A stretch of 14,862 nucleotides of DNA from assembly GCA_964452145.1 (NCBI GenBank), contig CAYVLA010000078.1:1-14862 (forward strand), read 5' to 3'. Below are positions 1-7,483 of this stretch, one piece after another. The notes beneath the pieces were generated by a model. It worked only from the letters and a program-made list of their open reading frames with translations, was not told the origin of the DNA and made no database searches. Every line of letters starts with the position of its first letter. Positions within the stretch are counted from its first letter, which is position 1. The stretch comes from Candidatus Hadarchaeota archaeon (GTDB lineage Archaea > CAYQAE01 > CAYVLA01). The position numbers and the translations under genes are program-made.

Positions 1-25
1 GCTCATCCAATGGACCCATGCGTAG

Positions 26-169
26 ATAGATGTCCTCGTTATGGCCTCCTTGATTCCGTTTATCCTTTTCAGGATGCGCATTGAGGAGCAGTTGCTCGTT
101 GAGAGGTTCGGGGACGAATACCGGGAATACATGAGAAGGAGCAAGAGGCTCGTTCCGTACGTCTACTAG
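26..169 (+). pseudogene. C-terminal fragment of an isoprenylcysteine carboxyl methyltransferase (ICMT/Ste14) family membrane methyltransferase
   Basis: Manual translation gives IDVLVMASLIPFILFRMRIEEQLLVERFGDEYREYMRRSKRLVPYVY*, matching the ICMT C-terminal signature RxxxEExxLxxxFGxxYxxYxxxxxRxxP. An in-frame TAG at 23-25 cuts it off and the upstream RHPxY motif is absent. Confidence 0.7.
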
Positions 170-425
170 GCTGATCGGTCCTTCGAGGGGCGGCTGTCCG
201 GGGGCGAACTGGTCGCGGGGTCGCGTCACTTCACTCGTAGGGCATGCGTCGTTGTTATTCGCCAGGGAAGCCGCCGATGGTGCATGGACTGAGCAGTCTC
301 GGAGCTGGTGCCCGGCGGTAGCGGAAGAAGTTGCTCCTGCCCATGAGAAAAGGCGTTGGATCGGGTAGGCCCAACGCGTATCCTAGCCCGGGTACCCTCG
401 TCGGCGTTTTTCCAAACGTCGATGG

Positions 426-433
426 TTTTTATC
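426..433 (+). promoter_or_regulatory. Putative archaeal TATA-like box for the wHTH/membrane-protein operon
   Basis: TTTTTATC is an AT-rich island in GC-rich DNA, about 30 nt upstream of the in-frame GTG at 460. An imperfect inverted repeat lies just upstream (399-424). Confidence 0.4.
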
Positions 434-459
434 ATGACGCGGCCGTTCTGGTCATTGGT

Positions 460-1011
460 GTGAAGTTGGCGGACGACCGCCCAGCCGGCACCGATGCCTC
501 GGTCGCAGATGGAGTTCTGAGAAGAGCGGAACAGGAAGTCAGAGGCGCCATCAAGAAGTTCCAAACCCCCCAAGCAGGCTCACTGCTTGAGGCCAGAATC
601 ATAGCAGAACTCTCAGCTGGCAGGCGATCGATTGCCGAACTGACATGCCAGATATTCGAAACCAATAGAGACAAGCCCGAGTATGCCGCCTCCTATGATC
701 GTGTTCGAAGAGCGCTCAGGATCCTCGAAGGAAGGGGGTACGTCTCACATCGGCTATTTGGCAAGGAGAGGCCATACACGCTTACCCAACTGGCGTTAAC
801 AAACCTCCTCAGGCTAGATTCGGTGAAACCCCCCAGGAGATGGTTCGATTACGCCGCATTCTCCGGCTTCATCACCCTGGCTGCCATAACCCTTGCTTTG
901 GCTAACGGCAAGGCGGCAGCCAACCTCTTCCTCGCTGCATATTCTGGCTTCCTCATCCTTGCAGGGGTATCCATGACTCGAATGCTCCAGATCCTTCGTC
1001 AGGTGATGTGA
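460..1011 (+). CDS. Winged-helix DNA-binding domain protein with two C-terminal transmembrane helices (putative membrane-tethered transcription regulator)
   Basis: The wHTH pattern LEARIIAEL..RRSIAELT..YDRVRRALRILEGRGYV..PYTLT is followed by two hydrophobic segments (FDYAAFSGFITLAAITLALA; LFLAAYSGFLILAGVSM). The ORF track starts at TTG 331; I prefer GTG 460 because of the TATA-like box at 426-433. Confidence 0.7.
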   Translation: MKLADDRPAGTDASVADGVLRRAEQEVRGAIKKFQTPQAGSLLEARIIAELSAGRRSIAELTCQIFETNRDKPEYAASYDRVRRALRILEGRGYVSHRLFGKERPYTLTQLALTNLLRLDSVKPPRRWFDYAAFSGFITLAAITLALANGKAAANLFLAAYSGFLILAGVSMTRMLQILRQVM

Positions 1012-2660
1012 TGAGCCGGGAATCAGCGCCAGGCGAGATGCCAGAGGACGAGATGATCCCGCTTCCCCATCTCTCAGCTAGGGCAAGGAGGTGTCTTGCC
1101 ACGTTTTCTCTTGTGGCCGCGATCGCTGCGGTCCTGAAGAGTTCACTTCGCTATGCGGACAAGGCCATCTCATCCCTGACCAGCTCCTCGCAGACGCAGA
1201 CCGCCGCCATCGGCGTTCGTGCCCTTGTCTTGCTGGCCCTGGTGACCTTCTCCTCCATACTGTTGGCGCTCGTCTCCTGGAAACGCTGGATAACCTACCG
1301 GCGGTCACCACGGGTGTTGTGGGGGATTGCAGAAGGTGTCGCGATACTCTTCGGGCTTGTGGTCTTGGCAGCTTGGATTCCCTATCTGATGATACAGCCG
1401 GCCGCTCCTAGCGAGGATACCCCCATTATTGTTATTGCAGAATCCGGAGCTCCGTCCGGTCTAACCAACTACTTACGCCACCCATCGGGCCTGCTAGCCA
1501 GTTCGGAGCGGGCCTACGGACCAACCCCCCTTGAGGTGTGGGTGATGTTCTGCGCCCCCTTCCTGGTGGGCCTTGTATCGACGAAGAGACTTGAGCGGGC
1601 TAGGTATGGCTTTGCTTCTGCCATATTGACGATCCTTCTGTCTTCCATCGTCTATACAGAGCTAACCTATGCCGCCTTCCCCCCTCCATCCCCTTCACAA
1701 ATCGACTCGGCGCCGGCCTACAGAGTTGAAGTGGTCAGAACGGACCCCTTTGGCCGTTACCCCTCAGGTTGGGTCTCGGCGATGATGTTGGTCTCTTTGC
1801 TGATCGGTCTGACCGTCGGCTACGGTCTGCGCATGCTTGTGCGCGGCCATCCACCTCTCCCCACCACTAGACAGTTGTCCCTGATGGTAGCTGGCACCGG
1901 CCTCCTCCTGTCTGCATTCTGGTTGGCGTCGATCCCTTGGGGCGGCCTGGAGGAGATCCCACCATACGTGGTTGTGGGCTCCAACGCCTCGTCCAGAGTC
2001 TTGGGGAGTTGGGTTGAGCCTTCGGATTTGAAGATAGGTCAGAATCTAACCATTTACTTCAGGCTCAAGCCAATTGCGGCCGAGTTCCAGCTTGAGTGGA
2101 ATTACGTCTCGCGACTCTCTGGAGCCCGAGGAGGTGGTGCATATTGGGCCGAGATCGACAGCGAGCTCGTCAACCACACGGTGGAAACATCCGAATGGAT
2201 CTCCAAGGAGGTTCCACCAGATGAGTTCGTCCCCATGTTCCTCTCCTACATAGCACTTGAGAACTTGGGCCCACGCCGACGGTTGATGAGGCTTTGGAGA
2301 ATGGCTGTGCCCAACGAGTCTCGGGATGCCCGAGACCTGATAGAACCATGCCTGTACGGCTCAAGGCTAGCTTTCGAGGTGGATCCTTCCTTCGAACCGG
2401 ACCGTGTCTTGCTCCTCTACTTCATAAATTCCGGTGGATCGGGGGTGCGTGGGCTCAAGAAGGTCGGTGTAAAAGAAGGGGTCTACAGAGTGTCGAGCGT
2501 GCGGATGCTGCCAAGGTCGATGAGATCACCCGAGGAACTGGGGGTCTGGGATCCTGAGAACAAGTACCTTGAATGCGAATACTCGAAGGACCATGCAGTA
2601 TTCTTCGCGGTAGCATTCAAGGGAAAGACAGTAGCGGTTTCGAATGTCTACGTGTCCTGA
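1008..2660 (+). CDS. Hypothetical polytopic membrane protein (~7 TM helices) with a ~240-aa C-terminal soluble, probably extracellular, domain
   Basis: 550-aa ORF whose start overlaps the upstream stop (GTGA). It has about seven hydrophobic segments in the first ~310 aa and four N-x-S/T sequons (NAS, NLT, NHT, NES) in the C-terminal domain. Confidence 0.75.
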   Translation: MMSRESAPGEMPEDEMIPLPHLSARARRCLATFSLVAAIAAVLKSSLRYADKAISSLTSSSQTQTAAIGVRALVLLALVTFSSILLALVSWKRWITYRRSPRVLWGIAEGVAILFGLVVLAAWIPYLMIQPAAPSEDTPIIVIAESGAPSGLTNYLRHPSGLLASSERAYGPTPLEVWVMFCAPFLVGLVSTKRLERARYGFASAILTILLSSIVYTELTYAAFPPPSPSQIDSAPAYRVEVVRTDPFGRYPSGWVSAMMLVSLLIGLTVGYGLRMLVRGHPPLPTTRQLSLMVAGTGLLLSAFWLASIPWGGLEEIPPYVVVGSNASSRVLGSWVEPSDLKIGQNLTIYFRLKPIAAEFQLEWNYVSRLSGARGGGAYWAEIDSELVNHTVETSEWISKEVPPDEFVPMFLSYIALENLGPRRRLMRLWRMAVPNESRDARDLIEPCLYGSRLAFEVDPSFEPDRVLLLYFINSGGSGVRGLKKVGVKEGVYRVSSVRMLPRSMRSPEELGVWDPENKYLECEYSKDHAVFFAVAFKGKTVAVSNVYVS

Positions 2661-2824
2661 AGGCGGAAGGCCCCGTTGTGTGCACAGTAGTCTGCAGCCA
2701 TACCCACAATGACGGGCAAGGTCATCCGGAGCCTGGGTGGTGACGTGTCTGATTGGGGTGGTCATCCTTTGCAGCTTGGGCTAGCCACACTGCTATTGGC
2801 TTCGGGATGAGGGCTACTGTTGCC

Positions 2825-3808
2825 CTATCCGGAGCTCAGTTGTCTGGCCTCAATGGTCCCTAGGGCACAGGCTATTGCTTCGCTGCTTGTGAGGCTTTGG
2901 GTTGTCTGTGGGCCGAATCTGTACACTCTCTCTGATCGGATGAGGATTCTGGGGTCTAACCCCTCTCTGTTGCCAACAATGACCGCGGTTCTGGACAGAG
3001 TGAATAGGTCTTCGTTCCAGAAGCCTGGATCACCGCTGCGATCCAGGGCAATTGTTCTCCTTCTGGCAATCTCAGTGCTTCGGATCCGGTCGGATCTGGT
3101 TATCAAGGCATTCCTAAAGGCTCTTGGTGCCTGATTGATCGCTCTTCGCATGGTTGCTTCTCCGTCGATGATGTGGAGTCTGAACCCGAATATCTCGGCC
3201 ATTCTCACAACATCGACCAAGTCCCAGTGGGAGTCTGGATCCACGTATACGAAAAGGAGTTCTCTGAAGCAAGCCTTGCTGAGTCCTGGTCTTGGCAGAT
3301 GGATCCGTGTCGAGGTCACGCCGATGTGGATTGTGTGCTCATCCTGGATGATTGTGATGTAGGTCCTTGGGCCCTGAGCATTTGCTCGGGCGAAGGTGAG
3401 ATCTCTTGAGAGGTGTTCCCGTATCCTATCCTTTGCCACCTGTGTCGAGAAGGTCGGGCTTCTTCTCAGGGTGACGGTATCTATGGCAATGGGTTGGGAG
3501 ATGGTATTTGACGCTGTCCATTGGAGTAGAGTTAGGGGAAGACTCGCCCATTGGTCTCTGTGTACACTGGCCACGACCTGGGTGATCTTCGAGTTGAAAG
3601 ACTTCTCTCTGAGTCTTGTCGCCAAGGAGGCGTCTTGGATGTCTACCCAGTAGGGGCCCTTCCCCCTTCTTGCTGCTGGGCGTATCTCACAATCACCAAG
3701 TGCCTCCTGCATCTCTTGGCGGAGGCAGTCCTGAACCTGCGGGTTCTGGGCGTAAGGCCTTTGGGTGACAAGAAGCCGTATCCTATGCTGGCTACGATTA
3801 CTCTTCAT
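2825..3808 (-). CDS. THUMP-domain/SPOUT-family RNA methyltransferase (putative tRNA methyltransferase)
   Basis: C-terminal SPOUT motifs: DPDSHWDLVDVVRMAEIFG, AVIVGNREGL, SLTSSEAIACALG. The central segment IAIDTVTLRRSPTFST..IREHL..GPRTYITIIQDEHTIHIGV resembles a THUMP domain. Confidence 0.7.
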   Translation of the reverse strand: MKSNRSQHRIRLLVTQRPYAQNPQVQDCLRQEMQEALGDCEIRPAARRGKGPYWVDIQDASLATRLREKSFNSKITQVVASVHRDQWASLPLTLLQWTASNTISQPIAIDTVTLRRSPTFSTQVAKDRIREHLSRDLTFARANAQGPRTYITIIQDEHTIHIGVTSTRIHLPRPGLSKACFRELLFVYVDPDSHWDLVDVVRMAEIFGFRLHIIDGEATMRRAINQAPRAFRNALITRSDRIRSTEIARRRTIALDRSGDPGFWNEDLFTLSRTAVIVGNREGLDPRILIRSERVYRFGPQTTQSLTSSEAIACALGTIEARQLSSG

Positions 3809-3886
3809 CAGGTTCTCGAGGTTTGGGGGAGAGGAAGCTCGGACGAGAGCTTCTGCAATGGACTCACCCCCTGATTCCGAATACTG

Positions 3887-4006
3887 CTAGCCAACGCTGT
3901 GGGCTAGCATCAGCGTTTCGAATGATAGGGCTCTAAGAAGAGAGAAGTCAGCCCATCCGATCGACACCGACGTTTGGTGGACTCCTGATATCTTTTTCTC
4001 AGACAT
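3887..4006 (-). CDS. 39-aa small ORF or gene remnant (MSEKKISGVHQTSVSIGW...)
   Basis: A strong Shine-Dalgarno-like AAGGAGGT (minus strand, 4020-4013) sits 6 nt before ATG 4006. The N-terminus weakly recalls the first strand of VOC/glyoxalase proteins. Confidence 0.3.
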   Translation of the reverse strand: MSEKKISGVHQTSVSIGWADFSLLRALSFETLMLAHSVG

Positions 4007-4177
4007 CAGACAACCTCCTTCTATTAATGTGGACGTCACGAGTAGGTAAGGCTGTGGGCTGCACCTTCCACGACAGAAAATTGGTGGCCAACGCATGCGA
4101 TAGTGACCACGCATGAGAGGAACAGATTTCATCATCGAATTCCGAATGGGTGGCGGTTGTCCAGAAGGAACTGTGTA

Positions 4178-4825
4178 TTGATCAGGATCATCGGGATCCC
4201 CCATCATCGGAATGCGGACAAGTACGTAAGAGAGCTTGTTGGCAGAGACAGACCTGATGTGGTGGGCGTGGAAAGGCACGAGGATGTACTGGGTGATCTG
4301 AGCAAGCTCCTCGAAAGAGGTCCTCGGACAGATGAGGAGGAGCGGACGATCAGGGTTGAGGCAGGAGATGGGATCGTCGCCGCAGTGGAATCATCAAAGG
4401 CAACCGGATCCGTGATAGTCGGCTTGGAGCCTTCAAGGGGCTACGATATCTCAGTCTCAGACCGGAAACCGGGCTATCTTGGAAGGCTCTGGAAAGGTTT
4501 CGACAGATGCTGGCAGGAGAACATCTACAGCAAGTGCCACCGCAAAGGGGAATTGGACCCCTCCATCTACCAGTCCTCAAGAGTCCTCCCGGTGGTTGAG
4601 GGAGTCCAGAGATGGATATGGAAGAACGCTTGGTATCGAGCCTACAAGACGGCGAGCGTTGACAGAGAAGAAGCGTACGCACACCGCCTCATCCAGTTGG
4701 ACCAGGAGAAGTCAGTCCAACTCGGCCGGCCAGCACGAATCAACTTCTTCGTTGGTGCTGGACACAAATGGAACACCGAGAGACTCATCAGAAAGCTGAG
4801 AAGGCGAGACACCACGGGCCGATAG
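4178..4825 (+). CDS. TraB/PrgY/GumN (TIKI) family protein
   Basis: Family motifs appear in order: IIGIPH, RPDVVGVE, GIVAAVE..G..IVGLE, DREEAYAHRL, FVGAGH. TTG 4178 follows AGAAGGA; the ORF track start is GTG 4103. Confidence 0.75.
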   Translation: MIRIIGIPHHRNADKYVRELVGRDRPDVVGVERHEDVLGDLSKLLERGPRTDEEERTIRVEAGDGIVAAVESSKATGSVIVGLEPSRGYDISVSDRKPGYLGRLWKGFDRCWQENIYSKCHRKGELDPSIYQSSRVLPVVEGVQRWIWKNAWYRAYKTASVDREEAYAHRLIQLDQEKSVQLGRPARINFFVGAGHKWNTERLIRKLRRRDTTGR

Positions 4826-4841
4826 CGTCGACTCAACCGGC

Positions 4842-5576
4842 TCATCGTCTGGGGCGTGATGGTCTGGGGAAGAAGGATCGCAGTATGGTTTCACGATCGG
4901 GCACACCTCGCTCGACAAGATCGCGGAAGAGGGAGGAATCATCATACCCAACCTCGTGCTTGACGAGGTTGAAGCCGGATCTGTTCACCTGAAGAACCGC
5001 AAAGCGGGCCTTTGGCTCTGAATGACACCCCACCGATCCAGGGTTTACATACCTTGCCCTGCCTTCCAGATCCACAACGCGGTGCGTGTGCCCATAGAAG
5101 ATGATGTCGGAATCGAAGGCTGCAAACATCCTATCCAAGTCACGGGGTGTTGGCCCCTTGACTACGGGGGCAAAGTCCGCACCCGAGTCGACCAAGCCAT
5201 AATGGGTGAATGCCACGCGGAGGCCTTCGAACTGCTCCTCGATCACATAGGGCCAGCGGGCCAGGACATCTCTGAGTGAGGGGTCGATGTTGGAATGCAC
5301 CCAATGATGGTGTTCCACGTATGCATCCGACACCCCGGGCGGAAGGGGGTCCGGGATGCCGAAGACGAATCGGGCCTCGTGGTTGCCCATCAGTAGGTGC
5401 ATCTTTGGTGTAGCCATGAGCAGGTCCAGGCACTCCGAGGGGTGTGGGCCTATGCCGATGGAGTCCCCAAGGTGGTAGATGGCATCGCACTTCTCATCCT
5501 TGACCTTGGACAAGGCTGCCTGTAGGGCAGGGAGATTGGCATGGACATCGGCGAGAACGGCAACCTTGAGCGGCAA
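4842..5576 (-). CDS. Calcineurin-like metallophosphoesterase
   Basis: Complete motif set: DVH, GDSIG, GNHE, TH, GHTH, NPGSVG. Confidence 0.92.
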   Translation of the reverse strand: MPLKVAVLADVHANLPALQAALSKVKDEKCDAIYHLGDSIGIGPHPSECLDLLMATPKMHLLMGNHEARFVFGIPDPLPPGVSDAYVEHHHWVHSNIDPSLRDVLARWPYVIEEQFEGLRVAFTHYGLVDSGADFAPVVKGPTPRDLDRMFAAFDSDIIFYGHTHRVVDLEGRARYVNPGSVGCHSEPKARFAVLQVNRSGFNLVKHEVGYDDSSLFRDLVERGVPDRETILRSFFPRPSRPRR

Positions 5577-5751
5577 GCAGATCCGTCTTCTGGTTGGGGG
5601 CCTAATAGTGTTCTCCCTCCTTGTTGCGACCCGACCACTACGGCCGTCATGAAGTCAGACCTACGGAATGGGCTTCGAAGGACGCAGGGGCTCTCCCCCA
5701 TCCCCGCGGTGGCGGCGTTGGCCACGTCTGCTTGAGCGGATCTGACGGACG

Positions 5752-6429
5752 GTGGAAACACGTTTCTCTGTCCAACGGTCTATCCATCCTGGCTTGATGA
5801 GAACCAGAACCAAGAAAGAGAGATTCGCGTTCCTGGAGGAAGAAGCCAAGACCTATGATGAACGGGAGGAGCCCTATCTTGGCCAAGCCGAGCGCTTCAG
5901 GGAGAGGACGATCGAGCTCATCGCTGATTTCTCGGGCAGGGTCCTTGAGATAGGCTGTGCCACCGGCCGTTTGACGGAGAAGATGCCCAAGGAGATGGAC
6001 CTGCTTGTCTGCCTTGATGTGTCGATCTCGAAGCTGGGACTCGCAAGGCGAAGAGTAGGGCCCGGGCCAGAGCTTGTGCGGGCTGATATGGAGCACCTTC
6101 CGTTCAAGCCCTCGGTTTTCGATCTTGTGGTATCCCACTACGCCCTTCACCACGCGTTCAACCCCAAGAAGGCGATCAAGGAGTCCGCCGACGCGACGAA
6201 GGATTGTGGCCGTCTGTTCTATGCGGTACCGAGGGCAAGCGACGACCCTGAGGAGCGCAGGGAGCGGATGCGGGAAGTCAGACGTGGAGAAAGGCTGCGG
6301 ACTTTCACCGCAGTTCAGTTCAAGAGGATGCTTGGAGGAAAGGCGAAGGTTGTCAACTCCGAGAGAGGGGACTTCACGGGAAAGGTTTGGGCTGGACGAG
6401 TACTCTTCCTAGACTGTCGCAAGCCATAA
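5752..6429 (+). CDS. Class I SAM-dependent methyltransferase (UbiE/Methyltransf_11-like)
   Basis: Motif I VLEIGCATG, acidic residue in LVCLDVS, and ADMEHLPF..FDLVVSHYALHH. The true start may be TTG 5794 or ATG 5797. Confidence 0.9.
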   Translation: METRFSVQRSIHPGLMRTRTKKERFAFLEEEAKTYDEREEPYLGQAERFRERTIELIADFSGRVLEIGCATGRLTEKMPKEMDLLVCLDVSISKLGLARRRVGPGPELVRADMEHLPFKPSVFDLVVSHYALHHAFNPKKAIKESADATKDCGRLFYAVPRASDDPEERRERMREVRRGERLRTFTAVQFKRMLGGKAKVVNSERGDFTGKVWAGRVLFLDCRKP

Positions 6430-6706
6430 TCCTTCCGCCAATTAAGACACGGAGGTACCACGCATCCCACATCGCAGAAAGGCTGAGCCAACGGATCACC
6501 CGATATTGGATCGAGGACTGGAGGACTGCGTCCAGTCTGTCTAGGAACCCCTTCATGCATCTCAAGCGCTCGTCGGCAATCCCCTGCCCTTCCCCGCCCG
6601 GGCTCATCGCTTCCAGGCCGGCTTGTCCCAAGGCGCCGAGGCTGCTCCCAGAGTCGGAGAGACAGGCCCTGAGAAGCCTTCGCCTCACGGCCTCACGGCG
6701 GCAACC

Positions 6707-6737
6707 TATTTAAGGTCTCGGTATGAAAGTCATACCG
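6707..6737 (+). promoter_or_regulatory. TATA box plus palindromic operator of the AbrB-PIN operon
   Basis: TATTTAAG at 6707-6714, then the perfect inverted repeat CGGTATGA-aag-TCATACCG at 6719-6737, ending 7 nt before the GTG start at 6745. Confidence 0.75.
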
Positions 6738-6744
6738 TGGGAAT

Positions 6745-7038
6745 GTGGGACAGGAAGAGCCTGACATTGCGATAGTTGGGGCGAAAGGCCAGATCGTCAT
6801 ACCTCAACAACTTAGGAGGACACTCGACATATCTCCCAAGACCAAATTGGCAATCTACAGAAGAGGCGACAAGCTCATAGTCACAAAACTCAAGATCGCC
6901 CCCCTGGGCGAGGATCTTAGGAGCCTTTTCAGGGAGATAGACGAGCAGTACAGAGGTAGAAGAAAGCCCAGTGAAGCAGAGATTCTGGAAGAGGTTCAAG
7001 CATACAGACGACGGAAACGAGCCGAACAGGTCTCATGA
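6745..7038 (+). CDS. vapB: AbrB/MazE/SpoVT-family antitoxin (VapB-like)
   Basis: Swapped-hairpin signature VGAKGQIVIPQQLRRTLDISPKTKLAIYRRGDKLIV, directly upstream of a PIN gene. Confidence 0.88.
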   Translation: MGQEEPDIAIVGAKGQIVIPQQLRRTLDISPKTKLAIYRRGDKLIVTKLKIAPLGEDLRSLFREIDEQYRGRRKPSEAEILEEVQAYRRRKRAEQVS

Positions 7039-7039
7039 G

Positions 7040-7459
7040 ATGACTCGCGTTGTTGTCGACACAAATGTTCTGGTGTCGGCTCTTGTGCGCGGTGGCAAGC
7101 CCCGAAGACTCATCCTCACGCTCTTGGAGGATCACTCGGTACTCCTATGTGCTGAGATGCTTGCCGAGTTGGTTGACGTTCTTTCACGACAGAAGTTCGC
7201 ACTGGTCAAGAGAAGCCAGATTAACAGATTCCTGTCGAAGCTAATCAGGGGGTGTGAGATCTTGGCCGTGAGCTCGCACTTCGAAGTCGTCAAAGAGGAT
7301 CGGGATGACAACACTGTTCTCGCGGCAGGGCATGACGGCAACGCTGAGTACATAGTCACGGGAGACAAACACTTGCTAGCTTTGGGCCAGTTCAGGGGAA
7401 TGCGCATAGTCAAAGTCACCGAAATGCTCGATATTCTCTCGAGGGCCAGCAGAGCCTGA
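7040..7459 (+). CDS. vapC: PIN-domain toxin (VapC-like, COG1569 type)
   Basis: MTRVVVDTNVLVSAL, LAEL, DRDDN and YIVTGDKHLL supply the PIN acidic residues. ATG 7040 lies 1 nt after the antitoxin stop; the ORF-track start at 6971 overlaps the antitoxin and is unlikely. Confidence 0.92.
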   Translation: MTRVVVDTNVLVSALVRGGKPRRLILTLLEDHSVLLCAEMLAELVDVLSRQKFALVKRSQINRFLSKLIRGCEILAVSSHFEVVKEDRDDNTVLAAGHDGNAEYIVTGDKHLLALGQFRGMRIVKVTEMLDILSRASRA

Positions 7460-7483
7460 ACAAGGCAAAGACCCGAGGCGTGT

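Noticed and set aside
23..25. Amber read-through (pyrrolysine) in the ICMT fragment
   Set aside because: The residues before the TAG (LIQWTHA) do not look like ICMT, and TAG serves as an ordinary stop for other genes here, so truncation is simpler.
331..459. N-terminal extension of the wHTH ORF from TTG 331
   Set aside because: It spans the inverted repeats and TATA-like box, so GTG 460 is the more plausible start.
6374..6713. ORFs 6374-6688 (-) and 6387-6713 (+)
   Set aside because: They have no recognisable motifs and overlap the methyltransferase 3' end. A decayed gene cannot be excluded.
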